From Candidatus Pacearchaeota archaeon (lineage in GTDB: Archaea; Nanobdellota; Nanobdellia; Pacearchaeales; GW2011-AR1): a DNA stretch of 64,000 nucleotides. Both the position numbers and the translations under genes were made by a program. Location: contig JACPLR010000011.1 of the NCBI GenBank assembly GCA_016186425.1, positions 13,206 through 77,205 of the forward strand, read 5' to 3'. This document shows, in pieces, positions 27,786-37,697 of the stretch; position 1 is the first letter of the stretch, and every line of letters begins with the position of its first letter. The notes under the pieces are model-generated. The model was not told the DNA's origin and ran no database searches. It saw only the letters and a list, made by a program, of their open reading frames with translations.

Positions 27786-27841
27786 CTTAGAATTATTTAG
27801 CCCCTATTTATAAATATTTATATTGTTAATAAAATTATTTG

Positions 27842-29182
27842 CTAGTAAATAATCTTCGGGCCATAGCCCCAAAGCCTGACAGCTGCAGCTAATTCTGAGT
27901 TAGGATTTTGAGAGACAAATTTCCTTAAAGGAATTTTTTTTGCGTGAATATCTCGCGCTTGCTCAATTGCTTTTACACCTGCCTCAATTCCCCGAGGATG
28001 GCCAAGCAAACCGCCACCAAACTGAAGAATTACATCTTCTCCAAGTTCATCTAAGACATTTTCAATATCTCCAGGATGCAAACCTCCTGAAGCAACCATC
28101 CAAACCGGTTTTATATGATGCCAGTTTTGTCCAAGGGAAGGAATTTGCAAATTTGGTTTTGTTATTTTTTCCTGAAGAATATCTCTAATATATTTTGCTT
28201 CCCCATAATCTTCCATTTTTGCTAAAGGAGAACCTCCATGCATATTATCCACGCCTAGCAACCGATATAATTTTGCAAGAGCTATCATTGAAATTGAAAA
28301 TCCGTAAAGTTTTCCTTTTCCATGCACTCCAGGACTATTATCTCTTGTCATAAAACCGTGCATTGCTCTGTGGGCATGAATTGCCAAGCCTGTATTCATT
28401 CTTCTAAAAGTATCGATTGCTGCAAATCCTGTTGTTACAACATCAATCATGCAATAAACTCCTTTATTCTTCTTTATTACTTCAGCATGTTTTTTCATTA
28501 TCTCCATATTTGAATGAGTTATATTTGCCAAATAGAATTTTTTCCTTCCGGTAAGCTTTTCAGCTTCTCTTGCTTCTTTTAAAACAAGGGAAACTCGCTT
28601 ATCAAAATGATTGAAAGATAAATTTGTTAGGTTTTCATCATCTTTAATTCCATCATAAGTTCCATTCCCGGAAGTGAATAATATTCTTGCCAGTTTTGCC
28701 TGTTCAATGTCTGTTCTGCCTATTTTTGGTTTTGGAACAGTTGCAACTAGCGGACCACGAGGTTTTTTTAATATTTTTCTAATTCCTTCAACCCCAAAAG
28801 CAGGGCCTGGAAATTTTGCAATCATTGCTTTTGGGAATTTAATATCATAAATTCTTAAACCAGAAAGCATTTTCATCCCAGCTATATTTCCAGCAATTCC
28901 AGCTAATAATCCGGAAATATTATCTAACTCAAATAACTCAATTGGATAAGCAATTTTAAACATAAAATTCTCAGAATCTAGATCGTAAGCCAGCGCTTTT
29001 TTTCTAAGCGCTAGAGGAATTCCAGAATCCTTTCCATCGTAGACTTTTGTCCATGTTCCTGTTGATGATTCAGCTGCAATAGTTCCTGCAGCTTCTTCGA
29101 AAAGCTGTTTAGAATTTTTACCTGCTTTTTTTGCTTCAGTTATTGCAGACTCGCTTAATTCTGCTTTTAAGAGAGTTATCAC
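27842..29182 (-). CDS. rbcL: Ribulose-1,5-bisphosphate carboxylase large-subunit homolog (form III / II-III archaeal type)
   Basis: RuBisCO landmarks include KPKIG (KPKLG), GIKDDEN (carbamyl-Lys region, cf. FTKDDEN), HAHRAMHG (HIHRAMH) and GGGLLGHPRG (GGGTLGHPWG). The MHGG...LAK region aligns to HAGT...GK. Length 446 aa. Confidence 0.8.
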   Translation of the reverse strand: MITLLKAELSESAITEAKKAGKNSKQLFEEAAGTIAAESSTGTWTKVYDGKDSGIPLALRKKALAYDLDSENFMFKIAYPIELFELDNISGLLAGIAGNIAGMKMLSGLRIYDIKFPKAMIAKFPGPAFGVEGIRKILKKPRGPLVATVPKPKIGRTDIEQAKLARILFTSGNGTYDGIKDDENLTNLSFNHFDKRVSLVLKEAREAEKLTGRKKFYLANITHSNMEIMKKHAEVIKKNKGVYCMIDVVTTGFAAIDTFRRMNTGLAIHAHRAMHGFMTRDNSPGVHGKGKLYGFSISMIALAKLYRLLGVDNMHGGSPLAKMEDYGEAKYIRDILQEKITKPNLQIPSLGQNWHHIKPVWMVASGGLHPGDIENVLDELGEDVILQFGGGLLGHPRGIEAGVKAIEQARDIHAKKIPLRKFVSQNPNSELAAAVRLWGYGPKIIY

Positions 29183-29343
29183 ATAATTATCTTCATTTGC
29201 TGGTTTCCAGCCTTTTTTTGCTACGTAATTAAATTGAACTGCTATATAAAAAGAACCTACGGTTCTTCTTATGACCTCTCCCTTTTTTGAGATGGTTAAG
29301 AATTGCGTAAGATCACCTCTTTGAATATTACGTTTATTATATA

Positions 29344-29676
29344 TTAATAATTATGCTCTTTAAAATCTTTTGCTAAACATTTAAACTGATGAGATAGATT
29401 GTTATGATCAGAACGAAGCTTTGCTAATTGAACTGAAGTTGTAAATACAATACCAATTAAAGTTAATAAAAGCGTTACTATAATATCTTCTGTTGCCCAT
29501 GAACCTCCCATAATTTTTCTAATTATCTGATATAATATAAATAATCCAAATACAATTAATATTGTCATCAAAATTATTTGTGATATATCTATAAAATCAT
29601 ATTTAGTTTTCATTTTACTATTAGCCATATTACAAGAGCAGTTGCTATCATAAGCATAACTATCCATAGAATCCAT
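29344..29676 (-). CDS. Small membrane protein (110 aa, 2 TM)
   Basis: Two hydrophobic helices (IILMTILIVFGLFILY, IIVTLLLTLIGIVFT). Confidence 0.4.
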   Translation of the reverse strand: MDSMDSYAYDSNCSCNMANSKMKTKYDFIDISQIILMTILIVFGLFILYQIIRKIMGGSWATEDIIVTLLLTLIGIVFTTSVQLAKLRSDHNNLSHQFKCLAKDFKEHNY

Positions 29677-29830
29677 TGCAGTATGTCATTTATTTTTGTG
29701 GGCATTTTTTCTCTTTTTATTTATAATACTTAATAACTTTAAGTTTATAATGTTTACTAAAACTAAATAATTATCTAAAAATATATCTTTATTATATAAA
29801 TAATTTTAAAGCCTTATTTTATGTATTTTT

Positions 29831-31354
29831 ATGGTAAATAATTTTGACCCAAATTTATCTGCACTTGCATCTTTTTTTAGGGCCTGCCCATTAATTTTAT
29901 CTTTAGAAGACAGAGAGTGGCATGAAAGGTATCTGCCTTTAGAAGGCCGTGTTTTTGTTGCCGATTTCTCTATAGACAATCCAACAGATGAACAGATAGT
30001 AAAAAAAGGATTGTGGTATTTAGCATCCCAAAGAAATTTTTGTGATATTGGAATTAACGATGCGATTGTTGATGAAGATCAAAAATCTAAAGGCCAAGTA
30101 TCTTCAAGAGATAGACCTTATCCATTTTCACGATATTCTAAGAAAAATGGTTTTATGTGGCCAATTAAGATAACTCCTACTAATCCTATATTCTTAAAAT
30201 CATATAAACCTATTTCAATTAAAGGAAATCGTATACTTAGAAAAGATCATAGAGTAAGACAAGAATATGATCTTTCAGCTGTAGATTTGTTTTCAAGGTG
30301 GATGAATGGAGAAGTTCCAGAGGATTTTAGAGATCTTTTTGAAGATGACAATCAAAATCTTGCAAGGATATATGCGATCATTGGCGCAAAAACTTATAAA
30401 ATCTCTGAAAATGAAAGAGTTTCACCCGAAATAAAAAAGATTGTTGAATCTGTAAAAGACAAAAATAGAAAAAATTTAGAAAAAGGAATTCCTATAGCAA
30501 TTCTTGAAGAAGCTATAAAAATAGTAGCATGTTCCTCAGGTTTTAAACGTTTTAAAGCTAACTTTAAACCTGAAGAAATACCTTTTAGAGAGAGTTTTGA
30601 GGTTTTCGAAGAAAGAGAAAGAATTCGTAACAGAACCTATAGAATACTTGCAGAAACAGCTTATGATATGCGCTCTCATTATCCAAGATATGGTTGGGAA
30701 GTTAAAGACGGACTCGTTCATAGACAGGCGTATCGCAAATTAGAAAGATTGGCTTGTGAAAAAGGAGCTAATCCTTTAATTGTGGCAGATATACTCCAGG
30801 CACATATTCGTCGTTCAAAATTACATTTTCCTTATTATGTGGTTACTGAAGAACCTGAAGAGGAGAAAATAACTGAAGATGAAAGATTAAGGAGAATACT
30901 CTATGGTAGATCATATTATAAAGAGGAAAGATATGATGAGTTACGTTATAGGTCTGTGTATGGTGGGTTTAAAGAAGCTTTTGCAATGATTGGTGCATTT
31001 AATATATTAAAGCCAAAGATGGTAGTGCCTGAAAAGACCAATGAAGAAATAGGAAGACTTAGAGTAAGGCAATTTTTAGAAGGAAGTAAACCTTATTCTG
31101 CAGAATTTAATAGTATGGTTAAGATTATGGAAAATTATATGAGCAAGCGAAGATTCAGAAGTGTGGTAAAAAAATGGATAGAAAAGCATTTAGATCATAA
31201 TTTAGACTGGGATGTAATTGATAAAGCTATTCCTCCAAATAAGAAGAGACTTAGGGGAGTAAATAGAGGAGTAAATTCATGGCATCCCTATTTTCCCAAT
31301 TTTTGTATGAATGAACAACTGAATAGGTGTTTGGACGGCGTGTATCTGGAGTAA
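29831..31354 (+). CDS. Large hypothetical protein (507 aa), R/Y/W/E-rich, no recognisable domain
   Basis: Long uninterrupted ORF with visibly higher G+C than neighbours. Composition is atypical for this genome (many R, Y, W). No motif recognised. Confidence 0.55.
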   Translation: MVNNFDPNLSALASFFRACPLILSLEDREWHERYLPLEGRVFVADFSIDNPTDEQIVKKGLWYLASQRNFCDIGINDAIVDEDQKSKGQVSSRDRPYPFSRYSKKNGFMWPIKITPTNPIFLKSYKPISIKGNRILRKDHRVRQEYDLSAVDLFSRWMNGEVPEDFRDLFEDDNQNLARIYAIIGAKTYKISENERVSPEIKKIVESVKDKNRKNLEKGIPIAILEEAIKIVACSSGFKRFKANFKPEEIPFRESFEVFEERERIRNRTYRILAETAYDMRSHYPRYGWEVKDGLVHRQAYRKLERLACEKGANPLIVADILQAHIRRSKLHFPYYVVTEEPEEEKITEDERLRRILYGRSYYKEERYDELRYRSVYGGFKEAFAMIGAFNILKPKMVVPEKTNEEIGRLRVRQFLEGSKPYSAEFNSMVKIMENYMSKRRFRSVVKKWIEKHLDHNLDWDVIDKAIPPNKKRLRGVNRGVNSWHPYFPNFCMNEQLNRCLDGVYLE

Positions 31355-31420
31355 GGGGAAATGATAAATTTAGTAGGAAATTACAATAATATTATATTGC
31401 AGATTTTGGGAAAAGATTAA

Positions 31421-32767
31421 TTATTGATGTTTTATCACAGGACCTTGATCAGTATCACTAATAAAATATCCTTGTTTATTAATCTTATCTCTTAATTCAT
31501 CAGCCAGCTTCCAGTTTTTAGATTTTCTGGCTTGCTCTCTATCCTTAACTAGTTTTTTTATCTCATCGGGAATGTTAATCTTTGGTTTGTCTAGCAAATC
31601 TAAACTGAAAATACTATCCATTATTTTTATTGTTTGGTATTTTCCCTTTGCTTTAGGATCTCTTAATAAATTCCAAAGCACTTGAAGCGCTTTTGGCATG
31701 TCTAAATCATCTTCAATAACTTTTTCAAATTCAGCCAGATAACTTTTATTTACATTTTTATCATCTTTAAGTTCTTGACAGATATTTTTCAGCCTTTCAT
31801 ACGAATTTTTTGCAGCATTTAGATTTTCTAATGAGAATATTAAAGGCGATCTATAGTGAGTTGTCAAACACATATATCGATAATCTAATGGAGAAAAACC
31901 CTGAGAGATAATATTTTCCAGATAAATTACATTCCCTAATGACTTAGACATTTTTCCTTCTTTTACAGTAAGAAAACCAGCATGAAGCCAGTAATTAACA
32001 AATTTCTTTCCAGTTGCTGCCTCACTTTGAGCTATTTCATTTGTGTGATGGGGAAAAATTAAATCAACAGCTCCTGTATGAATATCCAATCTATTTCCAA
32101 GAGACTTCATTGACATTGCAGAACATTCTATATGCCAGCCAGGCCTTCCCTTTCCTATTTCAGTATTCCAGAAGTTGTCCCCATCTTCTTTTGTATAAAA
32201 TTTCCAGAGTGCGAAATCGCGCATATTTTCCTTATCATACTCGTCATTCTTCACTCTTTCTTTATTCTTATCCTGCTTTCTTTTTTCTAATTGAGCAAGT
32301 TTTCCATAATCCTTGGATTTATTTATTGAAAAATAAATTCCATCAGAGGTTTTGTAAGCATACCCCTTATCCATAAGACTTTTTATAATTTTAACCATTT
32401 CATTTATTGATTCAGTTGCTCTTAATACATAATCGGGTTTCTTTATATTAAGAGAATCTATGTCCTGGAAAAATATTTTTTCATACTCTCTTGTAAATTC
32501 TTTTAAAGTTTTGTCATTTTTCTGGCTGGCCATTATTGTTTTATCATCCACATCTGTAATATTCATTACATGAATTACTTTATATCCAAGAAACTGAAGA
32601 GATTTTTTTAATAAGTCATTGAAAATATATGTTCTTAAATTTCCGATATGCGCATAATTATATACAGTTGGCCCGCAAGAATACATGCTTACACTTCCCT
32701 TTTTAATTGGAATAAATGCTTCTTTTTTCCTTGTTAGTGTATTATAAAGTTTTAGTTTTGAGGGCAT
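31421..32767 (-). CDS. cysS: Cysteinyl-tRNA synthetase
   Basis: Class I HIGH motif (CGPTVYNYAHIGNLRT) and KMSKS motif (GKMSKSLGN). Zinc-binding Cys and W in GRPGWHIECSAM. Length 448 aa. Confidence 0.9.
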   Translation of the reverse strand: MPSKLKLYNTLTRKKEAFIPIKKGSVSMYSCGPTVYNYAHIGNLRTYIFNDLLKKSLQFLGYKVIHVMNITDVDDKTIMASQKNDKTLKEFTREYEKIFFQDIDSLNIKKPDYVLRATESINEMVKIIKSLMDKGYAYKTSDGIYFSINKSKDYGKLAQLEKRKQDKNKERVKNDEYDKENMRDFALWKFYTKEDGDNFWNTEIGKGRPGWHIECSAMSMKSLGNRLDIHTGAVDLIFPHHTNEIAQSEAATGKKFVNYWLHAGFLTVKEGKMSKSLGNVIYLENIISQGFSPLDYRYMCLTTHYRSPLIFSLENLNAAKNSYERLKNICQELKDDKNVNKSYLAEFEKVIEDDLDMPKALQVLWNLLRDPKAKGKYQTIKIMDSIFSLDLLDKPKINIPDEIKKLVKDREQARKSKNWKLADELRDKINKQGYFISDTDQGPVIKHQ

Positions 32768-32809
32768 GAAACTTAGAAGAATAAGTATTTTATTAAGTTA
32801 TCGAATCAG

Positions 32810-33094
32810 TTATTTTCTTACATATCCAGTTCCTTTTGCTATGCAATTCCATCTATTATAGTCTGGATGATCTTCTCCTTCAAAAGTGTATTCAACACCA
32901 AAAACATACATACATTTTTGTCCTTCAGCTTCTGATTTTAATGCTTCATTTACTCTCCGCATTGCATTAATTTTTCCTTCTCCACGATTTATTCCTGCTA
33001 TAATTATACCTGCCATTTCTAACATCGGGAATGTTTCAAGTCCGCCTGCATCTCTAAAACTTTGAGTTGTTAATTTTACTTCTAAGTTAGTCAT
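32810..33094 (-). CDS. Hypothetical protein (94 aa)
   Basis: Clean ORF with GIIIAGINRGEG and a C-terminal DHPDYNRW. No confident family. Confidence 0.4.
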   Translation of the reverse strand: MTNLEVKLTTQSFRDAGGLETFPMLEMAGIIIAGINRGEGKINAMRRVNEALKSEAEGQKCMYVFGVEYTFEGEDHPDYNRWNCIAKGTGYVRK

Positions 33095-33151
33095 TTTAAT
33101 TTCATATAATAAAGGTATATAAAGATTTTGTTAAAAAATAATATATATTAA

Positions 33152-34060
33152 TTATTCTGTCACAACTTCAACTTTGCCTTGATGAATTATAAGAGTGTGT
33201 TCAGATTGAGCAACAACTGACTTTGATTTTTCAATCAGCTGCGAGAACTGATGCAGAATACCTGCTTTTTCTAAATGGGAAAGAGAGATTAATGCTCGTG
33301 TGCCAAATTTTTTGACTAACCAACGAGAACAAAAAGGCAGCGTATTGTATGTTTCTGTAATATAATTCAATAATTCTCTTGCATTACTATCTCTTACGTT
33401 TCCAGGCCTAACTAACTCATAAATTCCAGATGGTTTTCCGTCATAAACCATTCCAGTGGCAGTATTTGGAATAATAAAAGGTTCAATTGCATAAATTCCA
33501 TCATCTAATTTAGTTGTTTTACCATTATTATAGTTAGGTATTGTTATGCCTGCGTGCAAATTATTATTTTCTATGCTATGTCCTGAAAGATTTTTTATTG
33601 TTGTAAAATTAGCTTTTTCAGCTGTTTCATTTATTGAGCTTCCAATTTCTCCAAGACTTTTATTTTGTTTTGCAGCTTCAATTCCATTTTTGAGAGCTTC
33701 TTCACTTGTTTTAATCAGTTTTTTATTAGTTTCATTATTTTCTAAGTCAAATGATAAAGCATTGTCTGCTGTGAAGCCATTAATTGCAACTCCAAAATCT
33801 ACTTTTATTAGCCCGGAAGCAAGAGTTTCATCATTATAGCTCGGAGTGTAGTGAGCAGCATATTCATTTATTCCTAGATTAACTGGAAAAGCTGGCTTTC
33901 CTCCTTGTTTTATTATTTCAGCTTCTATTTTTTCAGCAATTTCTAATAAAGGAACATCTTTTTTCACTATTTTCCTAGCGTATTCTCTGAGATTAGCAAC
34001 TATTTTTCCTGCTTTTCTGATTGATTCAAGTTCTTTTTGTATAATCTCTTGGCCCTCCAT
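33152..34060 (-). CDS. map: Methionine aminopeptidase, type 2 (archaeal)
   Basis: Pita-bread fold motifs including AHYTP, metal ligands in DFGV...NGF..D and HSIE...H. The type-2 insertion is present. Length 302 aa. Confidence 0.85.
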   Translation of the reverse strand: MEGQEIIQKELESIRKAGKIVANLREYARKIVKKDVPLLEIAEKIEAEIIKQGGKPAFPVNLGINEYAAHYTPSYNDETLASGLIKVDFGVAINGFTADNALSFDLENNETNKKLIKTSEEALKNGIEAAKQNKSLGEIGSSINETAEKANFTTIKNLSGHSIENNNLHAGITIPNYNNGKTTKLDDGIYAIEPFIIPNTATGMVYDGKPSGIYELVRPGNVRDSNARELLNYITETYNTLPFCSRWLVKKFGTRALISLSHLEKAGILHQFSQLIEKSKSVVAQSEHTLIIHQGKVEVVTE

Positions 34061-34673
34061 TTAATTTTGGTTTAAGTGTTATTATAAATTCTTTTTCTAC
34101 CCTATTTAAATCTGATTCTGGTACAGGTAAATAAAACACTCTATCATAAAGTTTATCTTGTCTATGTGACGCTAATCTTGATGGAAGTTCTATCGTCTGT
34201 CCAACATAAATTACCTCATCATTTTTAACAAGAAAATAAATACATGAAGGAAAAACAATCTCTTCAAATTCCATTAGATTATTAATCCCTCTTAATGTTT
34301 TTGGAATAGGAGAATGGTAATCCCTATCTTTGTTGCTATATAAGGTTATATGAAATGGCAAGTTTCTACCATCTGATCTTCGATATACATTTTTCTCAGC
34401 CAATCTCAGAAATTCTCCTTTTTTAAAGAGGGGTTCTCCATCAGTACTTATAATACAAGGAGCATAACCTGTAAATGCCCATTCTCTAATCTTTTTTGGG
34501 TCTAACCCTAAGTGTTTAGCAATATCTTCAACATTATATTTATATCCGTTAATTCCTTGAAAAGATGGAGTTGGTTTTGATAATTTTACTTCAAGTTTTC
34601 CTACTTTCTGTTTTATTTCAGCTAAACTTTCTCCTTCAAGTATTTTCATTAATTCTTCTTCATCAAGTGTCAT
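34026..34673 (-). CDS. GIY-YIG nuclease-domain protein with N-terminal unknown/DNA-binding-like region
   Basis: The C-terminal half carries CIYFLVKNDEVIYVGQT (GIY...YIG motif) plus a downstream R and E (LASHRQ, ESDLNRVEKEFI). Its stop overlaps the map start by ~35 nt. Confidence 0.5.
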   Translation of the reverse strand: MTLDEEELMKILEGESLAEIKQKVGKLEVKLSKPTPSFQGINGYKYNVEDIAKHLGLDPKKIREWAFTGYAPCIISTDGEPLFKKGEFLRLAEKNVYRRSDGRNLPFHITLYSNKDRDYHSPIPKTLRGINNLMEFEEIVFPSCIYFLVKNDEVIYVGQTIELPSRLASHRQDKLYDRVFYLPVPESDLNRVEKEFIITLKPKLNGGPRDYTKRT

Positions 34674-34675
34674 TT

Positions 34676-35167
34676 TTACCTCAATCTTCTCTCTTTAGGA
34701 ACGTAGTTCTTTAAAAAACCTTGGTTTCTGGCAATGCCAAAAAAGTCATTGTTATGCTTTATTATAATAAATCTTGAGTTTAGATCTTTATTATTTTGTT
34801 TTATATCTAAATCTAGATTATCTCCCTTTAACCATGAGTTTAATTGTTCATCAGTTATCTCAATAAAATTTTTAGTTATTTGCGATTTTATTTCAGGCAT
34901 GTTTAATATGTCAAAACTCAATCTTATCCCATCTTTTTCTCCATCAAAAGTCTCTAAAGTTAATAGCTTAATTCCTATAGAATCAACATGAATTGTTTTT
35001 GCTAAATTGTTTAATTCATCTTTTGACAAGCTTCCTGAGAAAATTCTTATTTTGTCCTTTCCCGATTTGATAAATAAGTGCGGAAGCTGCGAAATTCCGT
35101 ATTCTTTATCTAATAAACTAAGTATTTTTTTCTTTTTTGTCTTGTCTAGTAAGTCTATATGTGTCAT
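34676..35167 (-). CDS. PUA-domain-like small protein (Nip7-like?) upstream of NOL1/NOP2/Sun methyltransferase
   Basis: The C-terminal FIIIKHNNDFFGIARNQG resembles the end of PUA domains. Position next to the Sun-family methyltransferase is typical for archaeal Nip7. Weak. Confidence 0.35.
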   Translation of the reverse strand: MTHIDLLDKTKKKKILSLLDKEYGISQLPHLFIKSGKDKIRIFSGSLSKDELNNLAKTIHVDSIGIKLLTLETFDGEKDGIRLSFDILNMPEIKSQITKNFIEITDEQLNSWLKGDNLDLDIKQNNKDLNSRFIIIKHNNDFFGIARNQGFLKNYVPKERRLR

Positions 35168-35176
35168 TTTTTCTGT

Positions 35177-36178
35177 TTAATTTATTTCTCCAACTTTTTT
35201 AAGTTTGGCAATGAAAAAACCCTCTGTGTCATTATCCTGAGGGTAAATTCTTGCACATTTTTTAACATCTTTATGAAATTTAGTATTTTTCCATTCAGTT
35301 ATTCCCTGCCTTGTTTTGAAACTTTTGGGAAGTTTAATATCTTCTAACTTTATGGATTCATGGTATGTTTCTAAAACATGAGAGATAATTGCTTCGTTTT
35401 CTTCAGGCGAGTGAGTGCAGGTGCTGTAAACTAACTCTCCATTTATTTTTAATACTTGCAGTGATTTAGTAAGAAGGGATTTTTGTATTCCTCCAAGTGA
35501 TTTAATAATATTTTCAGAGAAATTTAAAGCTGTTCTTGGAGAACTTCTTATTGTTCCCTCTCCACTGCATGGGGCGTCAACAAGAATTTTATCAAAACTA
35601 AATTTAGGATTAAGGTTATTTAATTTCTTGCATAATTCTCTTCCATCCATTTGAGTTATAATTGTGTTTGTAACGCCACATCTCTGCAGATTAGTTGAGA
35701 GAGAAACAATTCTGCTTAGCTGTAAATCATTTGCAATTATTGTTCCTTTATTATTCATTCTTGCAGCTGCCTGTGTTGTCTTGCTGCCTGGCGCTGCTGC
35801 AATATCAAGAAAAATATCATTTTCATCTGGATTTAGAGCAAGAATAGGCATCATACTTGAGATTTCCTGTATGTAATAATAACCCAAGACATGTTCCTCT
35901 GCTTTTCCAAGTTCTCCTGGCAGTAAACTACTTTCAACAATCATTATTTCAGGATATTCTTCCTTGAATGGTTGCAAGATTTTCCATTTTTTTTCCAACC
36001 TAGTTTTCAATTCTTTAACACTCATCTTTAAAGTATTGCATCTAATAGAGTTAATAGTTGGCTTATTGCAGTATTCACAGAACAATTCATAATCTTTCTC
36101 ATTATTTAAAAGATCTTTCATCCTAGCAATAAACTCTGGATGTGCTTTTGACATTGGATTTTCAATTCTTTGAGGCAT
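35177..36178 (-). CDS. NOL1/NOP2/Sun-family RNA (cytosine-C5)-methyltransferase
   Basis: SAM-binding LDIAAAPGSKT. Motif IV VDAPCSGEGTIR with catalytic Cys and motif VI YSTCTHSPEENE (TC Cys). Confidence 0.8.
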   Translation of the reverse strand: MPQRIENPMSKAHPEFIARMKDLLNNEKDYELFCEYCNKPTINSIRCNTLKMSVKELKTRLEKKWKILQPFKEEYPEIMIVESSLLPGELGKAEEHVLGYYYIQEISSMMPILALNPDENDIFLDIAAAPGSKTTQAAARMNNKGTIIANDLQLSRIVSLSTNLQRCGVTNTIITQMDGRELCKKLNNLNPKFSFDKILVDAPCSGEGTIRSSPRTALNFSENIIKSLGGIQKSLLTKSLQVLKINGELVYSTCTHSPEENEAIISHVLETYHESIKLEDIKLPKSFKTRQGITEWKNTKFHKDVKKCARIYPQDNDTEGFFIAKLKKVGEIN

Positions 36179-36240
36179 GAAAAATAAAGAAAAAGAGCGT
36201 ATTTAATTGTTGGCATATTGTTATGAGAATAATCTAGATT

Positions 36241-36340
36241 AAGTAGTTCCAGCGAATAAATGAAGGAAAATTATAGTGAAGATTCAAAAATATTCTTGAA
36301 TTACTACAATAAAAAATTTCTCGTTTAAGAGAAATTTAAC
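36241..36340 (+). repeat. A-type repeat copy (loop variant tcgttta)
   Basis: aagtagttccagcgaataaatgaaggaaaattatagtgaagattcaaaaatattcttgaattactacaataaaaaatttctcgtttaagagaaatttaac. Confidence 0.75.
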
Positions 36341-36412
36341 TTTATTTATTGTTTATTATCTCAATTTGAATTAATATTCTTTTAGGTGATTAGTTTCTAT
36401 TATTATATTTTA

Positions 36413-37291
36413 TTATAATATTTTCAAAGGCAGTTTTACTTTAGCATAGAATAAAGGAGAATCTTGCTCTTTGTTGTGTTCATATTCTTTACTATAAACT
36501 GCTTTTTCATAATCTTCTTCTGTTTTTGGGTTTATTCTTTTTTTAGAATCGCTCCTTATTTTTAAATCTCCAAAAAATCCCTGCCTTACTGCTTTATTTA
36601 CAAAATATAATCCAAGGCCCTCGTTTCTTACATACTCCTCTTTTTTTACCCCTTCTTTTCTATAACCTCTTTTCAATAAATCATTTAATTCATTAGCATC
36701 AATAGGAGAAGATATTTGATTTTCTATTTCAAATGTTAATCCTTGGTCTAGTGTAAGTTTTGCATGAATGTTTGAATATTTATTTGCGTATTGTATTGAA
36801 TTTCCTAACAGATTTGAGAATATTGTTGAAAATGCCCCCGGATTTGTTATTGTTTTTTTATCTTTGTCGTCATTTCTATACTCAAGGCTCAATCCTTTTC
36901 CCCTTCTTACAGCATCATGAGTCCATACTTTAAAGACTTCGTCAATTTTGTAAGCTGGATAAAATTCTTCTGATTCTTGGGCTACTTCTTCAGGGGTAAG
37001 GTTGCTTAGATCTAGAATTTTTGTCATATCTGCAACTCGCCTGCCAGCACTCATCATTTGTTTTAAACTGCCCTTAAATCTGAACATCCTTTCTTTTAAT
37101 TCTTCAGGGATTAAACTACCATAATCTTTCTCTAGTTCATCTAAGGTCTTTTTTATTTCATGAATATAAAGATCAAGAGTTGAAGCTGGGCTTCTTAAGT
37201 CATGTGCCAGAAGCTGCTTTATTTCTCCATGAAACTCTAATTCTCTTGCAAATTCTCTTTCTAATCTTGTTACTGGAGTGTTTCTGTCCAT
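36413..37291 (-). CDS. Sensor histidine kinase core (HisKA + HATPase_c), no obvious TM sensor
   Basis: H-box LLAHDLRSPAS, N-box NLLGNSIQYA and G-boxes GLGLYFV. Confidence 0.65.
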   Translation of the reverse strand: MDRNTPVTRLEREFARELEFHGEIKQLLAHDLRSPASTLDLYIHEIKKTLDELEKDYGSLIPEELKERMFRFKGSLKQMMSAGRRVADMTKILDLSNLTPEEVAQESEEFYPAYKIDEVFKVWTHDAVRRGKGLSLEYRNDDKDKKTITNPGAFSTIFSNLLGNSIQYANKYSNIHAKLTLDQGLTFEIENQISSPIDANELNDLLKRGYRKEGVKKEEYVRNEGLGLYFVNKAVRQGFFGDLKIRSDSKKRINPKTEEDYEKAVYSKEYEHNKEQDSPLFYAKVKLPLKIL

Positions 37292-37415
37292 TTTGATTTT
37301 TAAAATTAATTTTTATTACAATTGAGCTTATAAATCTTATGATTTTCAAGTGTTACTGGGGAGTTAAGGATATTAATTTAGCAATGTTTATAACCTTTAA
37401 TTATTTTATTTTGTT

Positions 37416-37685
37416 GTGGTAAACATATGGAATCCCGATTATGCAGGAAATCCTGATAATGCTTTTTATGTTCATTCCTCTAGACTTGTTGGTATGGATT
37501 GGAAGGAATTCAGGAAAATGTATGGAGGATTAAATGAAGAAGTTAGAAAGGAGTTTGACAGTTATTTATTGCAGGTTGAACATATGAAAACTTGGGAATA
37601 TTTGAGGATGTTAGATCAGCATGAAAAAAGCCGAGGTAAAAGAATATTTATTAAATTTGGCTGTTTAGAGGGTTGTGTTGCTTAA
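37416..37685 (+). CDS. Hypothetical protein (89 aa)
   Basis: Clean short ORF. No family recognised. Confidence 0.3.
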   Translation: MVNIWNPDYAGNPDNAFYVHSSRLVGMDWKEFRKMYGGLNEEVRKEFDSYLLQVEHMKTWEYLRMLDQHEKSRGKRIFIKFGCLEGCVA

Positions 37686-37697
37686 AACTCGAAACTT

